Positions 41,522 through 53,659 of a stretch of 64,000 nt of DNA are shown one piece after another. The notes under the pieces were generated by a model that saw only the letters and a program-made list of their open reading frames with translations, had not been told where the DNA came from and searched no databases. The stretch is from Peribolospora baueri. Lineage: Eukaryota. A program made the translations under genes and the position numbers. The DNA lies in assembly GCA_029717555.1 (NCBI GenBank), contig JAMDHS010000004.1:124001-188000 (forward strand). Direction: 5' to 3'. The stretch's first letter is position 1. The number at the start of each line of letters is the position of its first letter.

Positions 41522-44500
41522 TCAGCCGACCCTCGTCTCGACTGAAGAAAGGTGCTTGCCAGCTTCCGTGTCCGTCGACTCTGGATCACTGCTCGTTGAT
41601 AGCTGTGATGGGGAAAGAGATGGACGGAGTGAGAAGAGAGAAACGCCAGGAGGGGAACGGGCGAAGAAAAAAAACGCTCACCTCGATGGAATGAGCGCCT
41701 CGCAGGCCGCTCTCATGCACTTCGGCCACATGTAGTTCCTTCTCCGGATCGTCCCGTCCGCCATCAGGTGGAACAACCCCAGCTGCGCCCCTATCCCTGC
41801 CTCCCTCTTCCTCCCTCGTCGCCGCCTCCTCCTTCAAGCTAGGCGTGGACGCCCGCTCGCCCTTTTCCTCCACCGGATCAAGATCTGGATCGCCACGAGC
41901 GGACAGAGGAACGGCCGATGACGGCGGGGCGCCGGCGTTACCGCTGCCGTCGGTCGTCGTCGAAGATGGCGAGAAGAGGCCGGTGGGCCCGCCTGCCCTC
42001 CCTCGTACCGTCCCGCCGGAGGAAGAGGAAGAAGAAGAATGAGACAGCTCGGATTCGTACTCCTTCTCGCCCGGTAGCAGCACTGCGCGATCGATCGCCG
42101 CCGGCAGGCCACGGTGTCGGCCGCGAATCATGACGCAGATGATGATGAGTTTGCTCAACGGCCTGAAGCCTCCGCTGGGACGGAGGGACGCACGCAAAAG
42201 AAGGACGAGGAGGACAGAGGAGGGAAGATGGCGAGTGAGCGTGCGTCGTCGGGGCCGAAACACGGGAGACGCGAGCGTACGTAGGATGATGAGGCGGGAG
42301 ATCGCTCACCTGAGGGAAAAATTATCGTACGGCAAGCCAGTGCTAAGACCGACGGTGCCGTATGCGGAGACAATCTCGAAGAGGACGGTGAAGACGTTGA
42401 AGTAGGTGTCCGTCGTCGGATCGAGGATGTGGTGACGCTCGACGATGCAGACGAGCCACAGGGCTAGACAAAGCCACCAGACGTCTGAGAGAAAGGCACG
42501 CCATGGTCAGTCAGTCATGTCGTTCCATCGTTCCAACGGGAAAGAAGGGAGAGAGAGTGTGTGTTGGGGGGGGGGGAGGGGAAGAAAAAACATGATGACG
42601 CCCCGCGCCCCGTCCGCTCACCGAAAGCGAGCTGCTTCTTGGTGTGCCAAGCCAAATGGTTTCCCCACACCTTGACCTTATCTCCGTCCTCGCCGGGCTC
42701 GTCGTCCGGCTCGGACTCGTAGATGCCCAGCGAGCGCTCCTCGTAAACGTTGGTCGAGCGCACGGACAGGGCGATGGGCAAGGCGGAGATGTACATCATG
42801 ATGACGTACAGGACCTGCGTCGCGGGGGCGAGGGAGAGCATGGAGATGATCTGGAAGCCGGCGGTGCGGACGGCGATGCTTTGGAAGAGGCCGTCGGCGA
42901 CGCGCTGTCCGACGGGGATCGACTCCACGGCCGGGTTGCCGATGTCGAGGACGAGGAAGGACCACCAGTCGACGCCGTTGAGGATGACGAGGACGAAGAA
43001 GAGCAACCACGTCTGGGCTGTGCGGTACCAAAGAGGAGAGCGGCGCCGGAGAAGGAAAGGGCAACTCGGCGTCAGTCACGTCACGTCACCGTCGCGACCC
43101 ACCCATCGCTGCGTTGCGACTCAACTCGATGGAAACAGATAGACGAAGCACCGTCGCGGGTGGTCGAGCAGAAAGGTCAAGCTCTCGTACAAGCGCGATG
43201 TTTTTGGGACGGCCTTGGAGAGGACCCAGATGAAGAATCGCAAACTATGCGCCGGGGAGAAGAGAGACAAAGAAAGTACGAGGTGAGACGAGAATCTTGC
43301 ACCGGCGAGCAAACATGCAAGTTAAGGCCTCACAAGATGGGATAAGCAGTGTTCCCGGCAAGAATGAGGAAAGCTTGGACGAAGAAGACGAGATAGGCGT
43401 CCTGCATGTTTGAGAGGCTCGTGTCTGAAAGTCGAGGGCCGGCGGCGGCGGCGGCGGCGAGCGGGAATGGGTGAGCAGGAAGAACGATCTAGCGGGGGAA
43501 GCGGGCAGATCCGAGCGTTGACAAGGGAAGGGTGGTGAAGAGTACACACCGACGAGGGAAAAGCCGCAGTTGGTGAAGGAGCTGAACATCTGGAAGAAAG
43601 TGTACCTGGGGAGAGGTTCCGTCGTCCAAGGATCGAAAGGAAGGGATATCAGCGAGGGGGCGAACCGGTGGATCGAAGAATGACGCTCACCACGTGGGAT
43701 CCGGATGATTGACCTGCGCGTCGAAGACGTCGGTCCTGAACCTCTTCGCGGCGGACGAAGCGCTGGTGGCAAGCCAAGGCGCAACGATGAGGACCGAGAT
43801 GAGGTTGAGTCCGAGGATGTAGACGGGTATAAGGACGGCGAGGACGTCGAGCGCGCGGTACTCGACGCCTCCGAGCTCGTCCCGCTGTTTGGCGGTGAGG
43901 CCGTGGAAGAAGCTGTTGCGCGTGGCCAAGAGGGGAAAGTCGACGTAGGCTGCGGTTCGGCTCTCTGTCTGGGCGTTGGCGCCTTGGCCCTCGTTGAAGG
44001 TGGCGGTGCGGGGCATGGTGAGGGTGCGCTCGAAGCGGGCCCTCATCGAGTCGGGCATCGCCCAGCGAAAGAAGGAGACGAGGAGGGACAAGGGGGAAGG
44101 GAAGCCGCCAAAGTCGCGCTCCAGAGCGGCCCTGCTGCTCCGCACCGAGAGTGCCGGCCCGCCGCCTTGGCTGGCGGTCCGGGGAAGAGGGGTGCGACCG
44201 TGGCCGGTGGAGCCTGCGTGGTGAAGGAGACGGAGGCGTGAGGCATTCGATCCGACGGACGGGAGCATGGAAGAAAGGACTGGGGCGCATGAACGAAGGG
44301 GCGGGACCGGGCCGCCCTTCTGTCTCGACGCTCACCTCTCCGACGCCGAAGCTCGGTCTCTTGGGGCTCGCGAATCTCGATGGTCTGGGTGCGAGGCATC
44401 CTGTCTTCCGCGACGGAGACGTGGATGGCAGCGGGACGGTCTTGAACGGCGGTGGAGACGCCGCCGCTAGGCCCGACGGGGAAGGCGGGAGCATCGAGGC

Positions 44501-45145
44501 GGCGAATCATATCTGCTCGGAGGGGTCCGGCCTGTTGACGGCGACGGTGGTGGTGGTGGTGCTCTTCGGCCGCCTCGCGCAGTCGTTCCCGGGCAGTGGG
44601 GCTCCTGCGGATGTACGAGTCGAGCTTGCGCTTGAAGAAGGACCTGCGGATGATGACCATGATGGAGGACACGAAGGACTGAAGAGGCGGATCGCGTGAG
44701 CAAGACAGGGAGAGGGAGACAGAAGAGCGCTCAGCCAGCCGTCTGCGCGACAGATGGGATGGACATGGAAGGAGAGGTGGCAGTTCGACTCACGACGCTG
44801 CCAATGGACATGAGAAAGAATAGGATGGCCTGCTGCCAGGGCGTGGTGGAACTAAGGTTGATGGTGCCCAAGCCGGTGACCGTCATGGCAGAGTAGCACA
44901 TGTAGAGGCAGTCGATGAAGGGAATGTAGGTGGAGTTGGACGCATAGAAAATGGCGGCTGCGATGAGGGGGATGAAGATGAAGCAGAGGAGGTGTATTCG
45001 GCTGGAAGAAGGGGGGGACAAGGGGTGCGGGGGTGAGCGCCGGTTCGGTTCGGCTCGCGTGGGCGACTCACTAGAAGTTGAGGTTCTCCACGGCCCATCG
45101 CCGGAGGATGTTTGTCCTGAGGAAGGAAGCAGGGCCGGGGAACAT
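41522..45145 (-). CDS. TRK: Trk-family (TrkH/HKT) potassium transporter, multi-exon
   Basis: LNFYRIHLLCFIF, FIDCLYMCYSAMTVTGL, ELGGVEYRAL, SSFTNCGFSL, LLDHPRRCFVYLFPS, GLFQSIAVRTAGF, RSTNVYEERSLGIY, FEIVSAYGTVGLSTG, RGRHRGLPAAIDRAVLLP. The short terminal exon (stop 41524-41522) is less certain. Confidence 0.93.
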
Positions 45146-46559
45146 GGCGGGCGAGAGCAAAGAGTCAATGAGAGAGGCCTCAGAAGAGAGCGAGCGTGGG
45201 GTGAGGGGAGGTCTCAAAGAGCGCCGCCGTCGCTGTTGGTTGTGCAGTGGGCCCGTGCTCCCGGTGAGGAGGGAGCAGGCGGGAATGGCGGCGAAGGGGA
45301 AGGAAAGGATCGGATGATGGTGGGCGGCGAAACGAGGGTGAGGAGGGTCAGAGAGATGGAAGTCGGGGAAGGGATCAACAGTGAGGAGATATTTGTGAGG
45401 AGATAATAATTTGTTCGCGACAAATCTTGGCGCGACGAACGGATCAAATAAATTGGATGGATGTATGCGCATTGACCCTCCTCCGCCTTGCTCTGCGCCC
45501 TCCGTCCCGCGTCGACCTCAGCCCGTCTTTCCGACCCCGCACATGCGCTCAGTCGGTTTCGGCCACTTGGCACGCTCAGCCAGACGCTGCCCTTAGTTAG
45601 ACGACGCACGGTACGCACTACTGTCTGTACACACCGTCCACCAACAAACCCCTCTTCAATGCACCCGTCCGCCCGCCCGCCTTGCCACACGCCCGTCCCT
45701 TCCTTCCTCCCCAAACGCCTCTGCGCAGCTGCCAGCAACCGACGCCTTCTCTTCCGCCTTTGTCTCCCATCATGGACCGCCGGCCAACACGAGGGAGGGG
45801 TGAGAAAGGGAAGTAGGCAAACAAGGTAATGAATGAAGCGAACGAACGAACGATCCTGACGTGAACCGTGACGTGACGTGACGTGCGAGTGAATGAAGAA
45901 TGCATTGCTTGGAACCGGTCCATCGTCGCATTCGGACGGACATCCCAGCGCCGATCCAACGAAAACCGGGGCCCACCTCCCCGCCGCTTCCCCCATATCG
46001 CTCCCTTCCTCCTCGATCCGTCCGCGTCGCGTCGGAGGGCGCTGCCCTTCGACGTCCCAGCCCGCGACTTGCGCGGGGACGGAGATCGGGAAGGAGAGAG
46101 CGGCGAGGGGTGAAAGTGAGACGAGACGGCTGGTGGACTGAAGGGGAGGGGGGATACGAAGAACAAAGGACCGAGCATGACCACTAAGACACATGGAGGG
46201 CCACGGCGCGCGGGGCGGGGCGGGGCGCAAAGAGAGCTGGTTTGCACGCCGGCGGGATGTGCAGGGAGCGTGAGGAGAGAGGAAAAAAGGCGTCTAGCGC
46301 AGGAGTGGAGGACGTCAAGTCCGTGCGGAAACCGAGGGAGGAGAGATGAAAGGAGGCGAGAGAGAGAGGAAAGAGAGAAAAAAAACCTTCGCTCGCACAC
46401 CGGGCGCGAGAGACGGCCGAGCCGGCTCGTTCCAGACTGTCCGGGAAGAGCTGACTCGAAGGCATAGGGATGGGGACAACGTGACGAACGCCTGAGGACC
46501 GAGCCGTCCGACGCGCCGCCGCCAAAGCCATGCCCGGCGTGTGCGTCGCGGGGGCACGC

Positions 46560-47942
46560 TCACGAAGTGCCAAAGAGCTGCGTGGCCTCCGAGGGAAGGC
46601 TCTGTCCGGGGATGAAGATGCGGAAGTCCTCTCCCTTCTGGAAGTTGAACCAGGTCGCGCCGATGAAGTTGGGCATCTGCTGCTTCGTCGTGTCCGAGGT
46701 CATGTCCTTGAGCCAAGCCAGCCTGTCGGACATCGAGCCCGAGTAGCCGAGGCCGGTCTCGCCGATGGCGAACTTGACGCGGTCGTTGGTGTATTTGTCG
46801 TGGAATTCCTTCATCTTGGCGACGAAATCACCCTGCTGGAGCTGCTTGGGGTAGTAGTCGATGCCGATGAGGTCGACGGTGTTGATGTCATCGGGGAAGT
46901 ACTCCTCGTACTGCTGCATGTTGGCGATGTTGGGCGTGAAGAACATTTTGACGTCGGGAGCGTACTGCTTGATCGCAGCGGCGACGGTGGCCCAGCCCTC
47001 CTTGAAGTTGGCGGCGTTGCCTTGGTAGGTGCCGTCGGTCTGGTAGTAGTTAACCTCGTGGCCGAAGCGGAGGCGGACCTCGATGCCGTCGTCGGTGAAC
47101 TGCTTCATGGCCTTGGCGATGGCGACCGCCTGCGAGTTGTCGTCCTGGGTCAGACCTTGCCAACCGCCGGTGGGCATGACGGCGGGCTCGAAGATGGCGC
47201 CGCTCTGCTTGAGGTCGTTCTTGATGGCGAGCAGCTGCGATCCGTCGAACGTCTTGCCGGATTGGGCCTGAGCGTAGTAACCATAGGTGGCCAGCTTCTT
47301 GGAGCCGCCGAGGAGCGCGTTGAGTTGGGTCATGGACTCCTTGGTACCACCGGCGTCGGCCTCGTCGGGTAGCGCGCCGAGCATGATGCCGTTGACGCTC
47401 AGGGCATTGTCGGGGTAAGCCTGCACGCCTCCGTACGAGGTCGAGTTGCCAGAAGACGACGAGCTGGAATTGCCGGAAGAGCCGTGATGGCTGCTGGAGG
47501 AGGACGTGGGCGAGGAAGCGGAAGCCGAGGCCGAGGCGGATCCCCCGCCGGCATAGGCCGAGGCGGTTCCATCGCTGGCATAGGCAGAGGCCGAAGCAGA
47601 TCCACCAGAGCCAGAGTCAGAGCCGGAGCCGGAGTAGGACGAGGAGCCGGACGAGGAGGAGCAGGAGCCGCGACGGCTGCGGTCCTTGCGAGAGCGGCGA
47701 GCGTGCCGCTTGCGAGGGACGGACTGCTCGACGGCATCATCGACGAGGGCGTCGCGACGAGCGAGGAATTCGTGGTGGCGGCGGACGCGCTCGGCCTGCT
47801 CGATGCCGCTCGACCAGCGAGGGGAGAGACCGTTGCCGGCGACGTGCCTTCCGGCCAGGGCGGGCTCTGCGTTGAGCGAGGCCAGCAGGGCGACCGAGGT
47901 GGCCACGATGCCGGTGTAGATAAGGTGGGAGAAAGCGCGCAT
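46560..47942 (-). CDS. Secreted GH26-like (clan GH-A) glycoside hydrolase with signal peptide, basic pro-region and Ser/Gly linker; CDS has no intron
   Basis: Hydrophobic N-terminus MRAFSHLIYTGIVATSVALLASLNAEPALA; putative acid/base motif VRLRFGHEVNYY, YFPDDINTVDLIGIDYYP, putative nucleophile motif FAIGETG, ATWFNFQKG. Confidence 0.82.
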   Translation of the reverse strand: MRAFSHLIYTGIVATSVALLASLNAEPALAGRHVAGNGLSPRWSSGIEQAERVRRHHEFLARRDALVDDAVEQSVPRKRHARRSRKDRSRRGSCSSSSGSSSYSGSGSDSGSGGSASASAYASDGTASAYAGGGSASASASASSPTSSSSSHHGSSGNSSSSSSGNSTSYGGVQAYPDNALSVNGIMLGALPDEADAGGTKESMTQLNALLGGSKKLATYGYYAQAQSGKTFDGSQLLAIKNDLKQSGAIFEPAVMPTGGWQGLTQDDNSQAVAIAKAMKQFTDDGIEVRLRFGHEVNYYQTDGTYQGNAANFKEGWATVAAAIKQYAPDVKMFFTPNIANMQQYEEYFPDDINTVDLIGIDYYPKQLQQGDFVAKMKEFHDKYTNDRVKFAIGETGLGYSGSMSDRLAWLKDMTSDTTKQQMPNFIGATWFNFQKGEDFRIFIPGQSLPSEATQLFGTS

Positions 47943-50900
47943 GATGACGGGGCTTGGGGCGAGTAACGTGGGTTGATTGGTGGTCGTGAGTCGGATCAAA
48001 GAACGTAAACGTTAAACGAAGGGGGGAAAAGGGGGGTAAAGGGGGGTATGCCGCTGGGAGGGGGATGGACGGGGATGGAGGGTCGGGTGTGAGGGAGAAG
48101 CTCGCAGAGCTCGGGACGAAGGCCTTAAGAAGAAAGACGCTTTGAGGGAGCGGGACGGAGTGGGTGGGAATGAACGTGTGTGCGAGCGGTGGGTGGTGCC
48201 TGCCGGGGGGGCGTGTTGTCGGTCGACCGAAGAGAGGGTGGGTTGGTCTTGGCGAGCGGGGATTGCGCTGGACAGGACGGGGTGGGATGGACAGAAAGGG
48301 CGACGGGGCGACGACGAGACACGGACAGGTGGGAAGAGGTACGGGCGGAAGGGATGATGATGAAGCGGGGGAGGGAGCGGCGAAGGATGGAGGGAGGAGA
48401 AGGGAAGGAAGGGGAAAGGCCGACAAGGGAGTCGATCGATTTATACGGGCCGGGCGGCCAAGACGAGGCGAGGCGGAGGGCGGAGGACGAGTGCATACAT
48501 GCGGCGATTAGTGCTGTGGCTGTCCGGATTACGATCGCTCCGCTTTTGCTTTCATTCTTGTTCGCATTGCCCTTTTTCCTTTCTTTTCCTTTCTTTTTGG
48601 GCGCGCCGCTTCTGGTGTTCGCCCCTGCGCATGCATGCGGCAGATACCTTAACCTGTCTGGGCCGAACGGCACCACGGCGACTCGCAGCGGCTACAGACG
48701 CAAAGGGACGAACGATAACGAGGCGATGACTATCGACTATCGACAACAACCACTAGGCCCGCCCCGTTTCCCACCCCTCGGCACAAGTGCAAGTGCGCCG
48801 TCCTTGGGAGCGATGGGGACACGTGCGATGCGCCACTCGGCGTGACCAGCAGGCGGCGCACGGAAGGATGTTTGGGTCCTCAGATCGACGGACGACGTGG
48901 CCATCCGATCTCATCTCATCCACCATCCACTTGCACACAACGCTGCTCAACCAAGCACGTACGCCGCCGGATCTTCTTCGATGCAAAGGATAAGGGCCAA
49001 CTAACTATCTGCTGTTCGTCTCCCCTGCCAGGTCAAGGTAGGCGATCGCAGCGAACCGCAGGGCGAAAGAAGGCAGAGGACAATGGGGAGGACGGGAGGA
49101 CGGGCTCGGCCCGGACGTATCTACGTACGGTCGTATATCTCCCGTAGCTTCACGCCATCGACGCGCCGTTTCGGCGCCGGGGAGGGGAGGAAACCTCCGT
49201 CGACGCCGACTCTGTGGCCACTTTCTTTTTTTGTTCCCCCCGCCGCACATACAGCACATACATACACGTACAGTACATGGATGTGCTCCGTCCTCGTCGT
49301 CGTCCACGATGACGGAGGTGGTGGTCCGATGGGGATTCCATGCGTAGAGGCAGCTTGCAAGTCATCAGGAAGGAAGGGACAACGGGAGTGGGGAGGCAGG
49401 CACAGACGCCATCGGGCTCGGACGTCGCCCTGGACGCTCCATCAACCTCTCCCCTCTCCACCGCAGCCCGGAGGAAGGAGTGGCAGCCACCTCGCTCGTC
49501 CTCACCCATGACCGCTCGTCCACCGCCTCTCCTTCCCCTCTTCTTGGCCCGGCCGCGCCTCTTCGCCGCCCCCATCTGCGTTCGACCACGCTCAGCCAAG
49601 CTGGAGTGGACGGTCGGGCTGTCCTTTCGAGATCTTTGTCTTTGTGCGTCACTCGGACCAGCCGCCCGCCTTCCTTTTCCTTTGCCGGTCTTCCCGTGGC
49701 GGTATTGCCGGATCACCGCGACCAGAAGAGGGAAGGATTCATCGGGCTTTCGCTCTCCGTCTCCGTATCCTCTCTGCCGGCCGCGCCGCTCTCGCCCGCC
49801 GCCGCCTCTACCAAGGTGTCGCGCGCATCAACGCAGCTCGCGTCGTGTGGCCGTTGTTGACCTTCTCAGTTGCTCGTCTTGTCTTGTCTTCCCTTGGTCA
49901 CCCCTCCTTCCTCTCCATCCTCCCTTCTGAACCCCCATCTCAGGATGAGCTCCTCACCGGCCCAGCCGGGTTCGGTTCCGTTTGTTCCACTTCCCGCCCT
50001 ACTCACGTTCCCTTTTTGTGTCGCGCCGTCGCAAGATGGACGGTCGGCGGGACGGACATGACGTCAACGTCACTCCCTCCCACCGTCTATACGAGCGCTA
50101 CTTCCGTAGAACCACGTCTGCGCATTTTCCTTTAACCGTGCCGCCTTCTCGTCTCTGCCATAAGCGCTCGCAAAGATTCTTCATCGTCACCTATGAACTG
50201 CCGATCTCGGGACCTTGGCCGCTAGTGCGTTGCTCGAATCGTGCGCCGGCAAGCTACCTGTTTACCTGTGCGTGGCACATACAGCGAGCGCTAGTTAGGT
50301 CACTGGTGCCTCGCATGGATTCCAAATCCTGTAGTGATTTAGAAAGCGGAATCCCCATTTTACATGCAATGCAGTATGTGCGCATGTGCCGTTCGTTGTG
50401 CGCGACCATGAAGCGCTGAGAATCTTATCATCATGTCCTTCCTCCCAACTGCACTTGAAATACGTCTCCTGCCTACGGAGGCGGACACTGAAGCGAGTGT
50501 ATGACAAACGTAGCCCATGGCAAGTCGGCTCCATCCCAACATCAGCTCAAGCCACGCCTCGATCGGCCACGACCTCTCCCTCTCTCCCTCCCCTCCGGCA
50601 GCGAAGAAACCATCCAGCGATGGTCGGCCGCGAATCAAACCGAACGGCGGCGACTGCTCGACCGTGGGCCGCCGATCTGGCCGGTCTGTGCCTCGTCCCT
50701 CCGTCCGTGCAACTCCGGTTGCTCCTCCAGTCCAAGACATGTCTGTCCATCTCCACACCACCTTGGTACCCCGCCCCGCCCCGCCCCGCTCCCCACCCAT
50801 CCACCCACCCACCCGCCCGCGACCGTCCTCGGCGGTTCGCGGGACGGCTGTGGGGAGGCGTGGTCGCCGACGCTCACACGGGCGAGCCAGGGCTCGTCCG

Positions 50901-51366
50901 CCCGTGCGCTCGACCGCTTACCTCCGCGGACGTCCGGCCTCCGCTCCCCGTTCCCCTCCGGCCTCTCTCTCGTCCCGGTTGTGTGCCGCGTCGGCCGAAA
51001 ATCACATGGCACCCGCGCCGGGGCAAGGCGAGTCGAGGTCGGCCCGGGCCCGGGCCCGGAGAAGAAAGAGACGAGGCGGAGCGGGCGCCGATGGTGCTTC
51101 TCGATCGGTCGTCGTCGTCGTCGTCGTCGTGGCGGATCTTCTCAAGACTCTTCCAAAGAAAAGAAAAGCAAGGCACAAGAAAACCGGAAACCGGGAAAGC
51201 AAGAAGGAATCATCGATCGACGCGCGTCCTCTCCCTCTTCTCGTCACCACCAACACCCTCCATCTCGCCCGAGCCCGTTCGCCCCGCCCCCGCTCCTTCT
51301 TTCCACCCTCCACGGATCCCTGTCGTTCCTGCCTGCCGACCCTCTCTCCCAACTCCACCGCGCGCC

Positions 51367-53089
51367 ATGGCCGACGACATCTCCGCCCAGACCGTGAACG
51401 AGGAGGCCAAGCAGACGACCAGCGCCTCCAAGAGCTTCATCTCCGGTGGCTTCGGCGGTGTCAGCGCCGTCCTCGTCGGTGCGTATCCATTCCTTCGTCC
51501 GTGGCGCCGATGCATGCGTCCTCCGCTTTCCGCATTTTTCGCTGACATTTTGTTTCTTCTGCGCTCGCCCGCCTTCATCGGGTCTCTTCCTCCTCGGGAT
51601 GCACCAGGCCACCCCTTCGACCTCACCAAGACTCGCCTACAGACCGCGCCGGAAGGGGCGTACAAGGGTGCGCTGGACGTCGCCAAGCAGACGCTCGCTA
51701 GGGATGGCATCAGGGGGTGAGTGTGAGCGGGCGCGAGGACGAGTTGAATGTGCATGGTTCCTGGGACGTTGGTGGTGGTGTGGTGGAATTTTTTTTAGAG
51801 GCCGGAGGGGTGGTGGCTGGATGGAGGGCATTCGAGATATGCGTTCACGTCCAGCCGAGGTTCGCTGCCGCACCGAAACTCGCATCTCACTTTCGCTACC
51901 ACTTCGCCCCCCGATCCTGCCTAGATTTTACCGCGGTATGGGCCCCCCGTTGGTAGGCGTGACGCCCATCTTTGCCATCTCCTTCTGGTCGTACGACGCC
52001 GGGAAGAAACTCGTCTACGCCGCCACCCCGGGCCGCACCGACGCCGCACTTTCCATTACGGAGCTGGCCGCGGCTGGCTTCTTTAGCGCCGTGCCCACCA
52101 CCCTCGTCGCTGGTCCTGCTGAGCGCATCAAGGTGTTGTTGCAGGTGAGTCTGCGACGAGCCGCGCGCCGGGGGGGCGATGGGAGTACCGTGAAGATGCT
52201 CACGACATCACCTCGTTCTTCTTCATGCGCAGATCCAAGGCCAAGGCTCGTCCACCGGGCCAAAGTACAGCGGCCCGGTCGACGTCGTGCGCCAGCTGTA
52301 CAAGGAAGGAGGTTTGCGCTCCATCTTCCGCGGTACCGCCGCCACCCTCGCTCGAGACGGTCCAGGCAGCGCTGCGTGAGTGCATGCATGCGTGATCCGC
52401 GGTCACGAGTCGACGAGATCTTGCTTTTTCCCTTCCGGTATTGACCTCGACACATTCCTTCCCTCCCCTTCTTTCCTTCCAACGACAGCTACTTCGCCTC
52501 TTACGAAGCCATTAAGCGGGCGCTCACGCCCAAGGGCGCTGACGCTTCCGACCTCAACATCGTCAACGTCGTTACCGCCGGCGGTATCGCCGGCATGGCC
52601 ATGTGGGGCCTCGCCATCCCGCCCGATGTGAGCAATCCGTCCCACGCCCCTGCATGTCCTTGGGCCGGCCCGGCTGTGTTGGGGACCAATTGTACGCGTG
52701 CATGAACTGAGGCCATTTAACCCCTTCTCGCCCTTCCTCTAGGTGATCAAATCCCGCCTCCAATCCGCTCCGCACGGGACTTACAGTGGCTTCATCGACT
52801 GCTTCGCGAAGACGCTCAAGGCCGACGGCCCCGCGGCGCTCTTCAAGGGCTTCGGCCCAGCCATGGCTAGGGCCTTCCCCGCCAACGCAGCCACCTTCGT
52901 GAGTTCAGCTCGCCGCGCCCTTGGGTTTCCTTTTTGAGAAGATGGGCTTGGCTCACGCCGCCGCTCGGCGGGAAACGAACTGTCGGACTGATTCCTCCGC
53001 TTTCGCCGCTCGCGTGTTTTTCCGTTCCCGTTTACGAAACGCAGCTCGGCGTAGAACTGTCGCTCAAGGCTATGGACAAGCTGTGGTGA
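51367..53089 (+). CDS. CRC1: Mitochondrial carnitine/acylcarnitine carrier, multi-exon
   Basis: SFISGGFGGVSAVLVGHPFDLTKTRLQTA, GFYRGMGPPLVGVTPIFAISFWSYD, PAERIKVLLQ, ATLARDGPGSAAYF, AIPPDVIKSRLQ, GFGPAMARAFPANAATFLGVE...DKLW*. Confidence 0.93.
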
Positions 53090-53659
53090 CGAGGCCATCG
53101 CCGCTCTACCCTCGCCGCTCGTCTCGTTGGAGGACCAGGTCTATACCGTCGTGGCATGGAGGACCCCTTGGACCGCACTTCACCTCGTTCGCTCGAGCGC
53201 GTGTGCCTGTACAAGCATGACTTACATACCTACCGCCTTCATTAGTCGCCCCCCGACATAGAAGAATTTCGCGGATGGGCTCGAACAGAGCATCTTTCTA
53301 TCTGCCTGACTGCGTTCGGCTTTCGTCTTGTCTCGCCGGACGGAGTGTACGCCGTTTTCACAGAAAAAGCCGGTTTGATTTCTTTCGAGGCGAGGTGGAA
53401 TGATGCTTGCGTTGCGTGGCGATGGATTGGTATCGGGAAGGGAAGAGAAGGGGAAGATTGTAAACACAGAGCTCTTGCATATTTGGCGTGAAGAGGAGGC
53501 GAGCAGAAAAGAAGCGCCCTTCTCGGCGGGTAGGGTTAGATTGGCGGCGCGTCCCGACGCGCGCGTTTACGCGTCGATCATCGAGCGTGCGTCTTGAGGG
53601 ACCATCCACGGTGCGCCCTTCTCCTTCACGCCACCACCTCTCCCCTCCCCCTCCACGCC

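Noticed and set aside
45857..45886. Tandem TGACGT (CRE/ATF-like) sites upstream of the Trk gene
   Set aside because: The same (GTGAC)n pentamer occurs in a Trk intron (~43075) and at ~63340, so it is best explained as a microsatellite
48000..51300. Many 60-340 aa ORFs in the GH26-CRC1 divergent intergenic region
   Set aside because: Low-complexity translations with no recognisable motif or consistent splice pattern
50386..51366. Long upstream part of the 444-aa ORF preceding the carnitine carrier
   Set aside because: Pro/Arg-rich GC-driven open frame starting at a non-ATG codon; the real start fits gccATGG at 51367
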